IMG/VR virus record: IMGVR_UViG_3300029305_003176
DNA length: 64,000 nt
Strand: one strand, 5' to 3'
DNA from: a virus
This document shows, piece by piece, positions 60,116-64,000 of this stretch (position 1 is the first letter of the stretch; each line of letters starts with the position of its first letter). The notes under the pieces are model-generated. The model saw only the letters and a list, made by a program, of their open reading frames with translations. It did not search any database and was not told where the DNA came from. The translations under genes and the position numbers were made by a program.

Positions 60116-60877
60116 ATGGGATTATTCGGAATGTTGTATATGACTATTATGGGTTTTGGTGCGGCCGGTCATTCTATAAAGCAAAGTATAAGAGATGACG
60201 AAAGTAGAGAGAGAGCTAAAAGAATGGGAAATAAAACATATATTTCTAGTACCGGAGAAAGAAGTGTTGAGACAAACAATCGTATAGTTTGTAAAACTTT
60301 GCCGAATGGAGATTTTGCCCATGTAGATGAAAGAACTGGAAAAGTTTATATTAATTTTGACGCTGGGGAAAGAAATAGAAAAGAAAGATTTAGAGAAGAA
60401 TTTAGACAGAAGGCTGCAAGAGCAAAAGAGATAGCTATTGCAAAAGGCGATGTTGTATATTCTGGTTGGTATTGGAAAGAGGGGCCTTATACAAATGGAG
60501 GAATACCTGCAAGTGTGCTCAGATTGGTTGAGAACGACATGCCTTTACGTACTAATAATTATGCTGTCAATGTTTATGGGGATATAAGGGACTATAATTT
60601 GGATTTATATTACAAAAAACCTAAAGAAGAATATTGTAAACCACCATTTAATATACTTATAGCTTTCCATGCATTTGATAAAGATATAAAAGAAATTAAT
60701 TCTACAAGATTGGTAAACTATATTGAGAGTTATAATTTGAATGAAATGTTAGAGTATTGTAAAAAATATAACATACCAATATATGAAGAAGAAAAAATAA
60801 TAGAAATGTTAAATGAAAAATATCCTTTAGAATCTTGGAAAGATAATAATACGAAAACGAAAAAATTATTTTGGTAG
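60116..60877 (+). CDS. Hypothetical protein with hydrophobic N-terminus
   Basis: Own promoter TAGACA..TG-TAAAAT at about 60052-60080. Confidence 0.7.
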   Translation: MGLFGMLYMTIMGFGAAGHSIKQSIRDDESRERAKRMGNKTYISSTGERSVETNNRIVCKTLPNGDFAHVDERTGKVYINFDAGERNRKERFREEFRQKAARAKEIAIAKGDVVYSGWYWKEGPYTNGGIPASVLRLVENDMPLRTNNYAVNVYGDIRDYNLDLYYKKPKEEYCKPPFNILIAFHAFDKDIKEINSTRLVNYIESYNLNEMLEYCKKYNIPIYEEEKIIEMLNEKYPLESWKDNNTKTKKLFW

Positions 60878-60972
60878 AAAGGGACAAACTATTATGAATA
60901 AAGATAGAAGAACAAAAATATCCGAAATTATGGAGATAGAGCAATTAGAGAACATTTAAGGAGATGGGTTGA

Positions 60973-61959
60973 ATGAATGGTAATCAAGCGTATAAGAATC
61001 AACATCAGAGAAAAATAGATAAGCTACTTGAAAATAATCAAGATAAAAAATATCTTAAGGGATTTTATAATTATATATCTAATAGTTTATCTCTTTCAAC
61101 CATATATGATTACATAAGCTATGTAATAAATTTTATGAATTTCAATCAAAAAAGCGTTGAAGATATTACTTTAGATGATTACACAGAATTTTTATCTCAA
61201 ATAAAAGATATGACTCCATCATATCAAATAACGGTATATTCAGGATTAAAAAAATTCTCAACATATTTATTGGCAAGTAAAAGAAATATGGATAATGCCA
61301 TGGCATATATCTCTCGACCAAAATACAGCGAAGATATAACTACTATTGAAAAAAGAGAGAAGGGATATTTAGATAAAAAAGAAATTAAAAAATATATAGC
61401 AACCGTTCAATCTGGAACAGGAAGTAATAAAGCTATAGCAAGACAGGAGAAATGGAAAAATCGTGATATGCTAATAGTATTATTATTATTGACTACCGGG
61501 ATGAGATGTTCTGCGTTATATAAAATTGATGTAGATAGTATTGATGTAGATACAAAATGTTTATATGTAACCGACAAAGGTTCAAAGATAAATAAGTATA
61601 ATTTGCCCGAAGAAATAATAAAATGTTATTTAGAGTGGATTAAAGAAAGGGATAAATTAGATGTGTCTCAAAATGAGAAAGCTCTCTTTATTTCAAATCA
61701 AAAAACACGTATGGATCAAAGTTCTATTAGTAGAGTTGTTAATAAATATTCAAAAAATATAGATGGAAAACATATTACCCCTCATAAACTTAGAGCTACA
61801 TATGGAAGTCAGTTGTATAAACAAACAAAAGATTTATTCTTTGTTCAAAAATGTATGGGACATAGTAATCCAAAAGTAACAGAGCTTTATATTAGAGATG
61901 GGAACAAAAACGATAGAAAGAATGCTGCAATTATAATGAGCAGTGCAATTTTTAATTAA
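60973..61959 (+). CDS. Tyrosine recombinase (YopP/SroD-like position)
   Basis: TGMR, DKGSK, PHKLR, MGHS, TELY: full R-K-HxxR-H-Y set. Confidence 0.9.
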   Translation: MNGNQAYKNQHQRKIDKLLENNQDKKYLKGFYNYISNSLSLSTIYDYISYVINFMNFNQKSVEDITLDDYTEFLSQIKDMTPSYQITVYSGLKKFSTYLLASKRNMDNAMAYISRPKYSEDITTIEKREKGYLDKKEIKKYIATVQSGTGSNKAIARQEKWKNRDMLIVLLLLTTGMRCSALYKIDVDSIDVDTKCLYVTDKGSKINKYNLPEEIIKCYLEWIKERDKLDVSQNEKALFISNQKTRMDQSSISRVVNKYSKNIDGKHITPHKLRATYGSQLYKQTKDLFFVQKCMGHSNPKVTELYIRDGNKNDRKNAAIIMSSAIFN

Positions 61960-62014
61960 TGACTATACAAAATTATATAAATATGGTATTATATGTCAAA
62001 AAGGAGGCTTTATT

Positions 62015-63235
62015 ATGTTGAAAAGTAAAAATGAATTAGAAAATTTTTTAGAGGGAAAATGTATAAAGATTGCCTTGAATAATGACTTGATTTCTAAAAC
62101 AAGAGATTACATATTTAATAAGTACAATATTCCAAAAGGAATAATAATGGATATGATTACACAAAGAGTATCCTTAATTGAAAAAACGGAATTTGAATTA
62201 TTTTGTTTACTCGATGGTATTGATAATGTAGTTAATACCAATAATAAAGAAAAATATTTCACAGACATAGAAATTAAAACATATTTAAATGAAAAATTAG
62301 AAGTAGATGGAATTAATTTCCCATTAGATATAAAATGTTACCAGGTTTCAACAGACCAATGGATTGGCGCAAGCGATGTTGATTTTTTTATAAAATTGAG
62401 AAAAGCACAACTTATAAAATATAATGTTAATGCCCAAAGAGTTATGAAAAGAATTATTAAAGGAGCAACAGTGTTGTTTAAAATAGTTCCTAACAAACTT
62501 GCAATTAAATCTATAAAGGCACTTATGAAATCTGGGCGATATATTCCAACAACAATTACACTTAATATTCCATATGATTCAGATGCGGAATTTTATTACG
62601 ATGAAAAAGAAGGTAAACTTGTAATAAAAAAACTTGACATATTTGATATTTCTGACGGTTATCATAGATATTTAGCGGTCTGTGAATTATATGATGAAGA
62701 CCAAAATTTTAATTATCCAATGGAAATTAGAATAGTTAATTTTACAGATGAAAAAACCCGTCAATTTATATTCCAAGAAGATCAAAAAACGAAGATGACA
62801 AAAGCAGACTCAAACACAATGAATATGAATAGGCCTTCAAATAATGCTATTGATAGATTAAATGAGATGTCTGGCTTTGATCTTAAGGGACAAATTGGTA
62901 GAAACACTGGTTTGATAAGTTACACTGATTTTTCTAATGTTATTGAATATTTTTATTTCAAAGAAAAGAAATTATATTCTAATACAGAAATTAGGAACGC
63001 TGCCAATGATATAAAGGTTAAATTAAATAGTCTTATAGAATATAATGAAAAATATATCAGTAAACCTTTAAATATAAGAGAATTATCATTAATATTTTAT
63101 GTTTTTAGCGTAGAAGAAAATGTTGAAAAAGCCTGCAGTATTATTGATGAAATTATTAAATCAGAAAAACTAAAAGATATTAAACAATCTATTATAGCGA
63201 AGCCGATGATTAATGCATTTAAAGAGTTAATTTAG
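62015..63235 (+). CDS. DGQHR/DndB-like domain protein (YopQ/SroE-like)
   Basis: PTTITLN..ISDGYHR; lies between two integrase-fold genes; ATG 62015 after AAGGAGG. Confidence 0.7.
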   Translation: MLKSKNELENFLEGKCIKIALNNDLISKTRDYIFNKYNIPKGIIMDMITQRVSLIEKTEFELFCLLDGIDNVVNTNNKEKYFTDIEIKTYLNEKLEVDGINFPLDIKCYQVSTDQWIGASDVDFFIKLRKAQLIKYNVNAQRVMKRIIKGATVLFKIVPNKLAIKSIKALMKSGRYIPTTITLNIPYDSDAEFYYDEKEGKLVIKKLDIFDISDGYHRYLAVCELYDEDQNFNYPMEIRIVNFTDEKTRQFIFQEDQKTKMTKADSNTMNMNRPSNNAIDRLNEMSGFDLKGQIGRNTGLISYTDFSNVIEYFYFKEKKLYSNTEIRNAANDIKVKLNSLIEYNEKYISKPLNIRELSLIFYVFSVEENVEKACSIIDEIIKSEKLKDIKQSIIAKPMINAFKELI

Positions 63236-63249
63236 AAGGAGGGATAAAT

Positions 63250-64000
63250 ATGTTTAATAAAGAATTAAAAGAGAGATATATTATAGAAAAGGAAAATGGC
63301 ACCGTTTTACCAAATAATTACTTACCAAGATGTTTTAAAACAACAGAACAGTTTGAATGTGATTTAAATAAAGATATATCTTGCTTTACTGTCTATGAGA
63401 TAATTGATATGTATAAGGTTATGAACTTATCATCATTTGAATCTTTAATAATGTTAAACAGTCATTTATCGCTATACACTCAATGGTGCCTACAACAAAA
63501 TCTTATTCCTGATTGTCAAGATCATTTTTCGGAAATTACGCAAGAAATGATTATGAAATGCATAAACACAGTAGTATTTTATAAGTCAATAATTGATAAA
63601 GATACATTATATTCATGGCTTAGACAATTGGTTAACCCAAGTGACGCTTTTATAATGATATCATTATTTGAGGGAATAAAAGGGAAGGAGTTTTGTGAAA
63701 TATATAATCTAAGATTATCTGATTTTGATTTAGAGAAAAACAAAGTGAAGCTTTGCACAGGTAGAGTTATTTCAGTATCGGATAAACTCATAGAAATAGC
63801 AAAAGAATCTGCTATTAAGTATGATTATACAGCGGTAACTCAGAACGAAATAAAAACAATTCCATTTTGGGAAGATGAATACAGTGATTTGATTGTTAAA
63901 AATTATCCTAATTGTTCAACTGATGTAAGCAGTTTTCAAAAAGGAAGAAGAATATATAACAAGATTACAAGAAATTTTAAGATGTTAGGGATTGATCAAT
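63250..64000 (+). CDS. Integrase-fold master repressor (YopR/MrpR/SroF-like), truncated by window end
   Basis: MFNKELKERY.., LYTQWC, LVNPSDAFIMISLFEGIKGKEFCEI; synteny with the two preceding genes. Confidence 0.7.
   Translation, partial: MFNKELKERYIIEKENGTVLPNNYLPRCFKTTEQFECDLNKDISCFTVYEIIDMYKVMNLSSFESLIMLNSHLSLYTQWCLQQNLIPDCQDHFSEITQEMIMKCINTVVFYKSIIDKDTLYSWLRQLVNPSDAFIMISLFEGIKGKEFCEIYNLRLSDFDLEKNKVKLCTGRVISVSDKLIEIAKESAIKYDYTAVTQNEIKTIPFWEDEYSDLIVKNYPNCSTDVSSFQKGRRIYNKITRNFKMLGIDQ

Overview
This window is a 64-kb slice of a large, AT-rich SPbeta-like phage or prophage, probably from an anaerobic Firmicute (Clostridia-like; the host is inferred). It has two divergent arms that meet near 36.3 kb. 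The minus-strand left arm carries head genes (prohead protease/scaffold, portal, terminase), GrcA, a ClpP-like protease, PIN-PhoH, HU, five tRNAs and five homing-endonuclease-like genes. It also carries a YonO-like single-subunit RNA polymerase split by a group I intron immediately before its catalytic DxDxD motif. The plus-strand right arm holds one tRNA and about 55 small accessory genes, ending in a yopP/yopQ/yopR (sroDEF)-like repressor module. The strongest unexplained signals are: (1) five copies of a ~150-nt structured element at 54.95-56.91 kb with covarying closing stems, conserved internal motifs and a different 80-90-nt hairpin in each copy, flanked by a 325-aa unknown protein and an orphan HicA-like RNase; (2) about 20 TAAA-N6/7-TTTKAW sites at single-gene junctions upstream of a catalytically intact tyrosine recombinase, resembling a cassette array; (3) a duplicated 73-nt pseudoknotted leader in front of two GIY-YIG genes; (4) tandem covarying H-type pseudoknots in the tRNA cluster; (5) two families of dispersed operator-like motifs. 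All product calls come from motif recognition by eye; no database searches were run.
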